NCBI GenBank assembly: GCA_039096225.1
Contig: JBBPEB010000009.1
Location: 1,364,001-1,428,000 of the forward strand
DNA length: 64,000 nucleotides
Direction of reading: 5' to 3'
Source: Blastocystis sp. Blastoise
Taxonomy: Eukaryota; Protista; Bigyra: Opalinata
Shown piece by piece: positions 15,729 through 30,480 of this stretch. The notes below the pieces were generated by a model. That model ran no database searches. It was not told the DNA's origin and saw only the letters and a list, made by a program, of their open reading frames with translations. How positions within the stretch are numbered: position 1 is the first letter of the stretch; the number at the start of each line of letters is the position of its first letter. The translations under genes and the position numbers were made by a program.

Positions 15729-17399
15729 CTGGGTTTTTCATAAACAATAATGAAAATTTTACAAATTTTCGTGATTTTTCACAAACATTCGTTTTTTTTT
15801 CATTTAGATTCGCGAAAATTTCATTTGATTTAATAAAAATTTTACTTTATTTCACTTTATTTTTATAAATATTCGTAATTTTTCACTTTGATTAATTTTT
15901 TTTTCATTTAAATTTAATAATTTTTTCATTTAAATTAACGTAAGTATTTTTGACTTTTGACCCTTTTTTTTTAACTTTTATAAACATATAGACTATGAGC
16001 GAAAACAATTTAAGCCGAAACCAGCGAGGCCATTATTCCATCATTACTGATGAGACGAGAAAGCGAATTATTGACTTTTATACAAGCGGTGCCACCGATT
16101 TCTCAAGTTTTTGTCAAACTATGAAGGTTAATGAAAGTACTGCCCGATCAATCATTTCAAGTTATGTTAAAAATGGAAAAGTTGTCCGTCAAGTTCCTTC
16201 GGGTCGAAAAGCAAAAGTTGTTAGTCAAGAAATGAAAGATCAAATTATAAATTCAATTGATGAAAACTGCTGTATTACTTTAGGTCAAATTAGAGGAAAA
16301 TTAATCGCGGTTTTTCCTGGTCAAGAAATTCCTTCGGTTTCCACTATTTTTAGAACCATAAATGGTCTTTTCTATTCGACGAAAAAGGTTCAAATTTCTC
16401 CTGCTGATCGAAATTCTCCAACCACAATCGAGAAACGTCATGAATACGCTGACTGGTTGGCTAGCAATAGAGACAGTTTTAACTTCGTCTACGTTGACGA
16501 ATCTGGCTTTAATTTATGGGAAAAAAGAATTTTTGGCCGAAGCAAGATAGGTTCTCCCGCAATTATGGTTGTTGATGGTCAACGTGGTTGTAACATTTCA
16601 TTGGTTCTTGCTATTAGTGGTCTTCGGGGAAACGTTCATCATCAATTTTTCCGCAATTCTGTTGGTTCCGAGCAATTTCTTGAATTTCTTACTGGTTTAT
16701 GCGAGACACTTCGTGGAATTTCAACTGCTAAGCCGTTTTGCATTATAATGGATAATTGTTCCATTCATAAAACCAAGGAAATCCTTGATTTTTTAGGCGC
16801 TTCTGGTATTGCTTTTCATTTTCTTCCGCCTTGGTCCCCTTTTTTGAACCCAATTGAAGAGTCCTTTTCTTCAATTAAAACAAAAGCTAGAAGCAATATT
16901 GCTTCTTTTGACTGGTCTAAGGAAAACATTCTGTCAGAAGCCAGAGCTCATGAAATGACATTACTCGATTATCGATATTTCATTCTTGAGCTCATGGTAA
17001 CTGACAGTTTCCCGTCTAGTCTGACTATTGAGAACGTCCAAAAGTGGGAACAACACTCAATGGACTTCTTAAGAAGATGTCAGAATGATGAAATCATTCT
17101 TTAAGTTATTTTTTAAGTTTTTTTTTTATAAAAGTGTTGTTTAGTTGTTAAAATGTTAAAAAAAAAGGGTCAAAAGTCAAAATAAAAATAACTAATTTAA
17201 ATGAAAAAATTATTAAATTTAAATGAAAAAAAATTAATCAAAGTGAAAAATTACGAATATTTATAAAAATAAAGTGAAATAAAGTAAAATTTTTATTAAA
17301 TCAAATGAAATTTTCGCGAATCTAAATGAAAAAAAACGAATGTTTGTGAAAAATCACGAAAATTTGTAAAATTTTCATTATTGTTTATGAAAAACCCAG
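15729..17399 (+). mobile_element. Full-length Tc1/mariner-IS630 superfamily DNA transposon, TA target-site duplication, ~245-bp TIRs
   Basis: TA at 15727-28 and 17400-01; ends CTGGGTTTTTCATAAAC...GTTTATGAAAAACCCAG. Arms 15729-15937 and 17193-17399 match except for two homopolymer length differences. The match resumes after ~12 nt to about 15975/17155. Encloses a transposase ORF. Confidence 0.97.
15995..17104 (+). CDS. DD34E transposase (Tc1/IS630-like), 369 aa, intronless
   Basis: N-terminal HTH-like region; catalytic YVDESGF, IIMDNCSIHK and LPPWSPFLNPIEE, with 34 residues between the second D and E. Confidence 0.96.
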   Translation: MSENNLSRNQRGHYSIITDETRKRIIDFYTSGATDFSSFCQTMKVNESTARSIISSYVKNGKVVRQVPSGRKAKVVSQEMKDQIINSIDENCCITLGQIRGKLIAVFPGQEIPSVSTIFRTINGLFYSTKKVQISPADRNSPTTIEKRHEYADWLASNRDSFNFVYVDESGFNLWEKRIFGRSKIGSPAIMVVDGQRGCNISLVLAISGLRGNVHHQFFRNSVGSEQFLEFLTGLCETLRGISTAKPFCIIMDNCSIHKTKEILDFLGASGIAFHFLPPWSPFLNPIEESFSSIKTKARSNIASFDWSKENILSEARAHEMTLLDYRYFILELMVTDSFPSSLTIENVQKWEQHSMDFLRRCQNDEIIL

Positions 17400-17706
17400 T
17401 AACCTAGTTTTTGGCTACTCTTTTCGCCTGGCTGAAAAAATGCTTAAATTTTAACAAGCAAAATTTCTCATTAGAGGTATTTTTATATTCACGATTATGC
17501 CTCCTAGTGTATATCCATCTAGAAAACGTTTTAAATAATGAATGTCCAGTATTTCCTGTAAAAGTGTCAAAAAAACAATAAGTCTTTTATAAATGAGACA
17601 ACCACACACAACTACAGATATAGTGAATATGATTAACATATAACAACTTGCATATGGCTAATTGTGGCAATAGTATTTTTATTTATCAAATCAAAAAAAA
17701 AAACTA

Positions 17707-17851
17707 CAGACGTTCTCAGGTTCTTGTGGAAAAGTGTCGGACGATAGTGGAAAAGTCATTTTTCCATTATTATTTGTTAGTTTTTCCATAGTGAAAAAGT
17801 CGTTTTTCCACTATCGTCCGACACTTTTCCACAAGAACCTGAGAACGTCTG
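17707..17851. mobile_element. 145-bp MITE (Tc1/Stowaway-like), 48-bp perfect TIRs, TA TSD
   Basis: TA|CAGACGTTCTCAGGTTCTTGTGGAAAAGTGTCGGACGATAGTGGAAAA (17707-17754) with its exact reverse complement at 17804-17851|TA; internal GTGGAAAAGT direct repeats. Confidence 0.92.
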
Positions 17852-17988
17852 TATTACCAACGTGCAATTTTTGAAATTCCCGCGGAAATATTGTTGCTAG
17901 CTTTTTTTACTAATTACAATACTAGAAAAATAGTAAGTAAAAGTATAATATGGATTACAATCAATTCATTTTTTATTTATTTGCATAG

Positions 17989-19091
17989 ATGGTTCCTGCT
18001 CCTACTTGTAGTTCCTCTGAGCCTGTTTCTTCTTCAAGTTGTCAGCATGAAGGTATACACTTATCTTTTTTATATATTTTTGATAGATCAACAAATCAGA
18101 TCTGTGGATCCTTCCCAAACCCCTGATGCTGTTAATACTGCTGCTGCTGCTGCTGCTAGTAATATACATAGTGATGATATTCACGTCGATAGAAGCTGCT
18201 CTTCTGCTGGTGCTGATGTTTCTGATTGTGCTCAAGGTGATCAGAAGTCTGCTGTTCATGATCCTCATTCCGTTGATATTTCTGAAGACTGCTGTGATAG
18301 AGAATCTAATGATGTAGCTTCTTCAGAAAAAGCAATTGAGGTATTAGATAAGAAAAGGCCAATAGTATCATCAAAAGGTGATTTTTGTTTATCGATAATA
18401 ATGGATTGTACAGGTTCAATGAATCCACCTTATAATGAAGTAAAGAAGCATATATTACGAATAATAGATTTATTAATAAAAAATAAGAGAGAAATTTGGA
18501 AAAGAAGAATCAAAGATAGTAGGTCAATTTATAGGTTATCGAGATTTTTATGAGCCAGATTATATAGAACATTTTTCTTGTTCCGAGATAATAGATGATT
18601 TTGAGATATTAAAAGAATATATAGATAAAGTAGAGATTGAAGGAGGTGGTTTTATGCCAGGATGTTGTGCTGGAATGTGTGAAGATGTTGAAGGAGGAAT
18701 AGAGCAAGCATATATAAGAATGAATAAAGAACCGTATAATAATTATAAGCATATAGGTATAATAATAGGTGATCAACCAAATCATGGTATATATGAAGTA
18801 TGTACATTAAATGAGAATCCTGAAACACATGAGAATTGGGATGATATATGGGATAAACATATAGAAATAATAAAGAATATAGATGTAGAATTTTATATGA
18901 TACCAATAAATTGTATAAATGATAGTGAAATAGTATCCGAGAATAGTGCATTTGAATTTACAGCAGATTTATTACATTCCTTATTACCAAAACAATTTAT
19001 AAAAACATATATACAAGATGATTTAGATTTTGCTCATTTATTTGCAAAAATAATAACAGATTCTTATGAAAGATATATGAGTATATCTTAA
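17989..19091 (+). CDS. vWA (MIDAS) domain protein interrupted by a single +1 frameshift
   Basis: ATG at 17989 follows a 5'UTR intron (17933-17988), with one coding intron ~18053-18086. Motifs IIMDCTGSM, then in the +1 frame QFIGYRD, EGGG..CEDVEGGI, IIIGDQPNHG, which is the vWA pattern of alpha-kinase vwkA-type proteins. The shift maps to the A6 run at 18478-18483. Confidence 0.8.
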
Positions 19092-19355
19092 ATTTTAATT
19101 TTTTTTTTTTAAATTTTATATATATATATATTTTATAATTATATACTTTTTTTTAAATAATAATAATAATAATTTATAATAATAATAATAATAGTTTAGT
19201 TAATTAAAAATAAAAATAAAAAGAATAAAAAGAATGAATATGATAATAATAAAAATATATAATAAAAATTTTAATATATAATAAAATAAAATAAAAATAA
19301 TAAAAATAAAATATATAATAAAATAAAATATAGAATAAAATAAAATAAAAGAATA

Positions 19356-19428
19356 CGCCCACCGGGGGGCTCGAACCCCCGACCACCAGGTTAAGAGCCT
19401 GGCGCTCTACCGACTGAGCTAGACGGGC
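19356..19428 (-). tRNA. tRNA-Lys(CTT)
   Basis: GCCCGTCTAGCTCAGTCGGTAGAGCGCCAGGCT-CTT-AACCTGGTGGTCGGGGGTTCGAGCCCCCCGGTGGGCG forms a full cloverleaf with A and B boxes; a T-run follows downstream. Confidence 0.98.
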
Positions 19429-19792
19429 TAATAATTCTATTATTTATTCTTATTCTCTTCATTTCTCTATTCGTATTATTATATTCTATTTTTCTTTCTT
19501 TATTTTCATTTTTATATCTTTCTTTTTATTCATTTTTTTTTATTTTATTTATTATTATATTATCAATTTAATAAATAAAGAAATAAATTAAAATATTTCT
19601 TTTTAAAAAGAAATATTATTTATTTCTCTTTAATCTTTCTATTAAAACACAAACACAAACAAAAAAAATTTAAAAATTTTTAAAAAAATTATAATAAAAA
19701 TTATATTGAATTAATTATAATAATCTTGATTAATTTATTATTTACTAAAATAAAAAAAAAATAAATATATTTATCTATTTATCTATTTATTA

Positions 19793-20098
19793 ATGAATTC
19801 AAATCATATTAAAGTATCAATATCAACTATTTCAGATTGTATTATTCCTAATCTCATTGAAAAAAATCAATCTTTACATAAATTATATACAACTGAAAAA
19901 ATAAGAAATAATATATATATTTTATTTTATTTATATTTATATTTATATTTATTTATAGTATATAGAAAAACAAAATTTAGAATTATTAAAAGAAAATGAA
20001 CAGTTAAAAACTGAATTAATACTTAAAGAACAAGCTATGGATTCTATATTACAACAAAATATATCTTTACAAACATCTAATATTTCAAATAAGTAATT

Positions 20099-20129
<31 letters not shown>

Positions 20130-20843
20130 AAATAAAATAGTTCTTTTTCTTCTGAATTACCAAATCCAAATTATTTTATATCAATAACACCTGTTATTAA
20201 TCGTACAAAAGAAATTTCTAATGAAAGAATTGCTCAAATTGAAGAAAATGCTACAAAATTAAGAGAAGAAACAGAACAAAGAATTCATAATATAATATCT
20301 CAAAAAGAAACACAAATTAATTTATTACAAGTATATATTTTATATTATTATTATATTTTATATTATTATTATTATATATATTTAGAATGAATTATATGAA
20401 TTAAAGAAAAAAAATAATGAATATGAAATAAAAATACAAAAATTATTAGTAAAAGAATATCAATTAACACAAGAAAAAGATATATATAAAATAAAATATA
20501 ATGATTTAATAAATGAAAATAATCAATTAAAAATTGATTTAAATAATATTCAAAATGTATATATTTATATAATATTATTATTATTATTATAGAAATATAA
20601 AAATGAAATAAATAATAATATAGAAAATAATAATAAAATAGAAAAAATAACAAATGAAAATAATTCTTATGCAAAATTATTATTTAAATATAAAATATAT
20701 GTATTTATTATATAATATTATTATAATTATATATTTAAAAAAAAAATTATTTTTATAGTTATCTTATATAAAATATAATAAAATCAAAATTCCTATTCTT
20801 AGTATTATTCCATGGAAAGGAAAATATTCTGGATATATAAGAG

Positions 20844-20902
<59 letters not shown>

Positions 20903-21447
20903 TAATTATTTATTTTATAGTTTTTTACAAATGAAAATCAAGATTTATGTTTTGATATTTATTATAATTTAAATCATCATATTCATTATATATATAATAT
21001 TATTGAATTAATTCCTGATACAAAGTATATATAATATATAATATATATAATATATATAATATATATAATATATATAATATATAGAAATGAAAATCGTTTT
21101 ATTATACATTATTCAAAAGAAAATAAATTAAAACCAAAACCAATAATAGGTATACAAATATCAAATAGTATAGAAGGAGAATATATATTAGAATCTAAAG
21201 ATAAATCTCTTATTTTAGATATTATTAAACAAATGATATTATATGTACATATTCGAATTGAACATCTTTCTGATGTATATATTATATATTATATATTATT
21301 ATATATTATTATTATATATATATATAGGATGATTCATTATCTCCTTTACCTCCTCTATCTTATAATGAATCAAATACTATAACATCTCAAATACATCCTT
21401 TTTATCCAGATATTATTCATGATTATGAATCTTTTTTCTATTCTTAA
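19793..21447 (+). CDS. Hypothetical coiled-coil protein with a beta-rich (possibly PH-like) C-terminal domain, multi-exon
   Basis: Chainable exons (EKQNLELLKENEQLKTELILKEQAM.., ERIAQIEENATKLREETEQRI.., IPWKGKYSGYIR.., NRFIIHYSK..GEYILESKDK) ending at TAA 21445-47. The first intron donor is uncertain. Confidence 0.65.
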
Positions 21448-22411
21448 TCTTTATTAATATTATATATATTATTATTATTAGTTTTTTTTTATTTTCTTTT
21501 TCTTTTTCTTTTTTTAATAAAATAAAATAATCAACAAAACAATCAATTAATAATATATAATATATATATTTTTTTGTAATTTTATTTATTGAAACATATT
21601 ATTATTATTATTATATAAATATAATAATAATAATAATGATAATAATTGAACTGTTGTAAGAAATAAAAGAATAACTAATATAAGAATAAAATATATATAT
21701 ATATTAAAGTGTATAATTCATAAAATATACATTTAGATAATAAAATATTATTTGAAATATATATAAAGATAAACAAAGAAAAAGAAATAATAAACTATTA
21801 GAAAATAATAAGAATGAATACAACAGAAAGAATTGAATATATTGAATAATTATTTTTAAAAAAATTTATATAATACTATTATTGAAAAGTAAATACAATT
21901 TATATATATATATATTATTATTATTATTGAATATATAAATAATTATATATTCAATAAACTAGATATATATTTATATATTTTATATATATAATAACATAGA
22001 AACAAAAAATAATTATATTAAATAAAATAAGAAAACTAAAATAAACAAAAAAAAAATAATTATTTTTATATATAAAGATAGAGTAAGAGAAGGTTAATAA
22101 AAAAATAAAAGTAAATATTATTATTATTTAATAAATAATATAAAACTAACAAGAAGAAGAAGAAAAAATAGATTAAAGATAAATATATATATATATATAT
22201 TATATATATATATAGAAATAAAAGCAAAAGCATAACAAAAAAATAAATAATTATATTCTGTAAATATATATATATTATAATATTATTTTTATTATTAATA
22301 AAATAAAATATTGTTTTCTTTTTTATATTTTTATCTAAAAAAAAAAGAAAAAGAAAAAAAAAAAATAATGAATAAAAAAATATATTTTCATTTATAATAT
22401 ATTATAAATAA

Positions 22412-25388
<2,977 letters not shown>

Positions 25389-25873
25389 TTTCTAACACTA
25401 ATTATACATGACGTTACTAACACTTATATATATACAGAAATTCTATTTTTATATAGTAATAGCAATGTAAATCTCACTTGAATAATCTAAAATATATATA
25501 TATATATTAAATAATATTTAAACATAAAGAATAAATTATTTTAAAAAAATAAAATAAACAACATTCAAATAAAGATGATTCTATGAACTTATTAATCTTA
25601 TAAGAACTCACAGTAATCATTGATATCAATATGTATATTCTAATAATAGAAACAAAATGAAAAACACTCTTCTTATATAATAAACATACTAATCAAGAAA
25701 TATAACACAACAATTAATTATTACTTAAGTAAACAAATTATACAATAAGTAATAAGATAATAATTGAGTATAGAATGCTGAACAATTTGAATTAAAAAAA
25801 AAAACTTTGCTTCACTTCTTTCTCTTTATTATTATAATTTTCTATAATTATTTTTCATTTGTGCGGGACACAA

Positions 25874-27226
25874 TTGGCCAGACTAAATTGCGCTATTAAC
25901 TGTTCTCGGTTTCTGGCGGATACTACTAACCAGAAAGATAACAAAAAAAAGCCAGTGAAAAAATTGGTTTTATCACGATTATAAAGTAGTATTCTTTTGA
26001 TCATTTTTCAAAAATAAAAATCGAGGTACAAAAATCGTTTTTTGCTATTTTAAGGGCAAAGACGTTTGAATATAAAAGAAATTATATTTTTATTTATACA
26101 TATATGTTATTTAAATTATAAGAAAAGTGAGATATGAATCATAACATTAAAAATAAATGAGATATTAAGAAAAGTCTATAATCATTAAAAAAGTAAAATT
26201 ATAGAGAAAAAAAGTTAATAAACCTGGGAATGCTAAAAAAATTCTTTTTTTCCCATATTATTTAATTCTCTATTTTAGATTAATAACAGAAAAAAACTAT
26301 TTAAATTTAATTAATTCAGATATTATTATATGTATATATTTGTGGAAAAATATCATTTAAAGCTATAAACGTTATTTTCTAAGAATCAATACAATTATGT
26401 TTATAAAATATGACTATTCAAGCATAATTAACAAGATGTGTATTTTTAAAATATTTATTTAAAACAAATTGCAACTAAAAAACTATTTTGTGTATGTGAA
26501 TATAATGTGAATTAATAAATGGCAACATTTACGTGTTTAAATCGTTGTTTAAGAAACACTGAGACATTTCTTAGGAATAAAACCGATTTATTTCTCATTT
26601 TGAGTATTCAGAAAACACGGACTTTTTAATAAAATATTTTAATATATGTAGTCTTAGTAATAATACTTTGCTGATTATACACGAATAATGCATTTTATAA
26701 ACATAATTGTATTGATTCTTAGAAAATAACGTTTATAGCTTTAAATGATATTTTTCCACAAATATATACATATAATAATATCTGAATTAATTAAATTTAA
26801 ATAGTTTTTTTCTGTTATTAATCTAAAATAGAGAATTAAATAATATGGGAAAAAAAGAATTTTTTTAGCATTCCCAGGTTTATTAACTTTTTTTCTCTAT
26901 AATTTTACTTTTTTAATGATTATAGACTTTTCTTAATATCTCATTTATTTTTAATGTTATGATTCATATCTCACTTTTCTTATAATTTAAATAACATATA
27001 TATATAAATAAAAATATAATTTCTTTTATATTCAAATAATTTTGCCCTTAAAATAGCAAAAAACGTGTTTTTGTACCTCGATTTTTTGTTTTTAAAAAAT
27101 TGTCAGAAATAACTACTTTATAATCGTGATAAGATCGATTTTTTCACTGCGTTTTTTTTGTCATTTTCTGGTTTAAAATATCCGCCAGAACCGAGAATAT
27201 TTAATAGCGCAATTTAGTCTGGCCAA
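25874..27226. mobile_element. Non-autonomous foldback DNA element: ~535-bp inverted arms, 282-bp spacer, 8-bp TSD (Mutator-like by architecture)
   Basis: GGACACAA at 25866-73 and 27227-34 flanks TTGGCCAGACTAAATTGCGCTATTAA...TTAATAGCGCAATTTAGTCTGGCCAA. Arms are 25874-26409 and 26692-27226; no ORF of 60 aa or more in the track. Confidence 0.92.
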
Positions 27227-28271
27227 GGACACAAACTAAACCCTTCTTTTACTAAAAAGATATTCACAATTATTTATTAAATATTCCTATGACTTTATTA
27301 AATATTTATGAAACAAAATTTTATGGCATTCCTATTTTCAAGGGGATTGTCAATTAGAACCATTCTACATTCATTCTCTTTTTTCGTTTTCGTTTTCTTT
27401 TCTTTTAAAAAAAGACTAAACCAATAATTATATATTTATTATCATATATAGATTATCTTATAAGGTTTAGTTTTTCTATTTTATAATTATTGATTGGTTC
27501 TTTTCTATTATTAAAACAAAAGGATTCTTTATTACTTTTATAAAGATTGAAATCAATTCTAAATTATTTATAAAGACTTATTCTATCATATTTACTATAA
27601 AATAATAAAATATTAAAGAATGAAAAATTTTAAAAAATTATCTAGTTCTATAAAATCATTATTAAAATGAATATAAACAATAGATACTTCATTATAGATC
27701 ATCAATTAACGATTATCTATAAGTCAAACAATACAATAACAGAAATATAAGAAATATTTCAGAGTTTTTTAAAAATAAGCTTATGTTTTTCTTATAAATC
27801 ATTCCTTCTCATTATTATTTATTATTGATATTCATTAATATTATTATTCTATTTATTTTAAACTATATTTCTTTGATCATTATGAATAATTATTAAATTA
27901 ATAATTAAAAAATTATTTGTTTTAAATTTTGTCTTATTTCTTTTTATTTATAGTATATTTTATTATTTATAAAAGTGTTTTAAATATATTTATATTCATT
28001 AAAAGTTAAAATAATATTATTTTAGTTTTTTTATTAATTAATAAATTTTATACTGTATAAAAGAATATATTTTCTTTTTTAATAAAAAAAATATTTTTAT
28101 GTTAATAAGTAGAAAAATAATTAATAGATATAAATTTTATTTATATTTATTATAATGTAAAAGAAATGAAACTAAACTATTTTGTTATATATAAAGATAT
28201 TTTTAAACTATATTATATTTAATAATAATAATATTTAAAGAATAAGCAAAGCTAATTTGATTTATATATAA

Positions 28272-28804
28272 TTATATAGTTCTCATATCAATAACAGTTG
28301 TTATTTCATCTAAATAAACAACATTCTCTGCATTCTCATATAATATTAAATTATCAGGATGTTGATGATGTCCTTGTTGAGAACATGATTTAAGAAAAGG
28401 AATTTGAGAAGAACATAAACGAAATATACCACTTCTATATATATATTATATTATATAATATTATATATATATATATATATTTACGGTTTTTTAGTATCAA
28501 ATGGTGCAATAACAATAGCAATAGACTATAATAATATTTATAATAATATTTATAATAATATTCTTATTCATATACTTTATCTAAAAGAAGATGAAAAGGT
28601 AATGTAGTATGAATATCAATAGAAGAAAGAAAACAAGGTTGACGAGGATGAGACTATATATATATAATTAATAATAAGAATATATATATATATACATGAA
28701 TCCATCCTAACATATATATATCATGATTAGATAATTCAATACTAAGATCTTCTTCATTTAACATTGTACAACTATCACTATCACCCTATATATATATATA
28801 TATA

Positions 28805-28836
<32 letters not shown>

Positions 28837-28894
28837 TTTTTGTTTTGGAATAATTAAATGTGTTATTTTTATATCATCATTTATCTATATATAT

Positions 28895-28926
<32 letters not shown>

Positions 28927-29227
28927 ACATAGATTCCTCCTAAAATTCCACATGTTTCAAAAGGAGGTGTACTAATAATTGAAGAATAAGCTGCCTATAA
29001 TATATTATATATATTATATGTATTATATACCTTATAAAATAAAGAAAATATATCTTTATTTATTATTGTTTTATATCTATATTTTATAAATAATTATTAT
29101 TCATAAAATATACGTTGTTGTACAATAGTTAGAATTCATCTATATATAATAATAATAATAATAATATATATATATTTTATATATATACATTTGTTTTTAT
29201 ATTAGCAGGAATAGTATCATCAACAAC

Positions 29228-29264
<37 letters not shown>

Positions 29265-30067
29265 TAAAATACCTTTTCCTTGAATAAGAACATTAGGATT
29301 ATAAGGAGATATACTAATAAGAGAAGGAGAAGGAGAAGGAGAAGCAGTATAAGGTAATGTATTCATACTATTAGTATTATATTGAATACTATTACTATTA
29401 TTATATTGAATACTATTACTATTATTATATTGAATAGTATTATTTCTATTATTATTATCCTTCACAATAAATGGATCATTTGATTGAAATATATTCATTG
29501 TTGATGATAAAGAAGAATTCTTATTCTTATTTGTATCTTGAACAATATCATAAAAATCAGTATTATATAATGAATTCTTTATTTCTTTATATATATATAT
29601 AATAATAATAATAATAAACTATATATATACTTTGAATATCTAATTTTCCATTCTTATATTGTTCATATAATTTTATTTCTAATTTCTTTAATAAATCTTC
29701 TATTTGTATCATATCCTATTAATTAAAAATTAAAATAAAAAATAAATAAAATAAAAAATAAACAATAAAAAAAATAAATATTAAAATATACTTTTTCTGC
29801 TTTATTTTTTTCATTAAGACAATCAATACCATATCGTTGATGAGCACATAATTGATCTAATAAACTACGATACATATTTAACTTCATATATATCTTCTCA
29901 TAAGCAAAGTCTTTCATTAACAACAAACTCTCTTTCTTATATTCAAATCCTTCATCATAATATTTCTTTATATCAACTTTACTATATATTGGCTTATTAT
30001 ATCTTGATCTTTCTCTAACTAAACTCATATAATTCTGAAACTTTATATCTTTTTCATGATCATTCAT
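28272..30067 (-). CDS. AMSH/STAMBP-like JAMM (MPN+) deubiquitinase, multi-exon
   Basis: ETCGILGG, ITHLIIPKQ, GDSDSCTMLNEE, MLGWIH|SHPRQPCFLSSIDIHT (JAMM HxH..SxxD), SIAIVIAP, SCSQQGHHQH; N-terminal MIT/USP8-dimer-like helical exon; TAA at 28274-72. Confidence 0.9.
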
Positions 30068-30480
30068 TCTTATTCTGACTATATAACATATTATTATAAT
30101 TTATAAACAATCAAATACTTATTTATCAATAAATATCCAACTGAAATTATATAACTATATTTGAAATCTATTAATATTTTAATGAAATTAGGAATTATAA
30201 GATCAAATTAATCTAATAATAATTTATATTCAATTTATTATATAATAGTATCGAATAAAATCTTATTGTTTTAATCTTTTATTCTCTCAGAGAAAAAGTA
30301 TTCAAAAAAAATTTTAAAAATTTCATCAATTTTCAACAACAATCAAATCTCTTCTCATTTGTTTTCTTTTCATTCTTCTTTTATTCATTTTATTTTCTAT
30401 TTTTTTAATTTTTTATATTTAGTAAAAGAATTATTAATATTATATATATCTTATTTTGATATTATAAATAAATAAATTCT

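Noticed and set aside
17401-17410. CTAG as a Helitron 3' end for the pseudogene block
   Set aside because: No GC-rich subterminal hairpin and no identifiable 5' TC end.
17451-17639. 62-aa ORF or an outer element hosting the Tc1 insertion
   Set aside because: No recognisable motifs, TIRs or TSD.
18470-18490. Euplotes-type programmed +1 frameshift (AAA-TAA)
   Set aside because: The in-frame codons are AAA AAT AAG; the TAA is out of frame.
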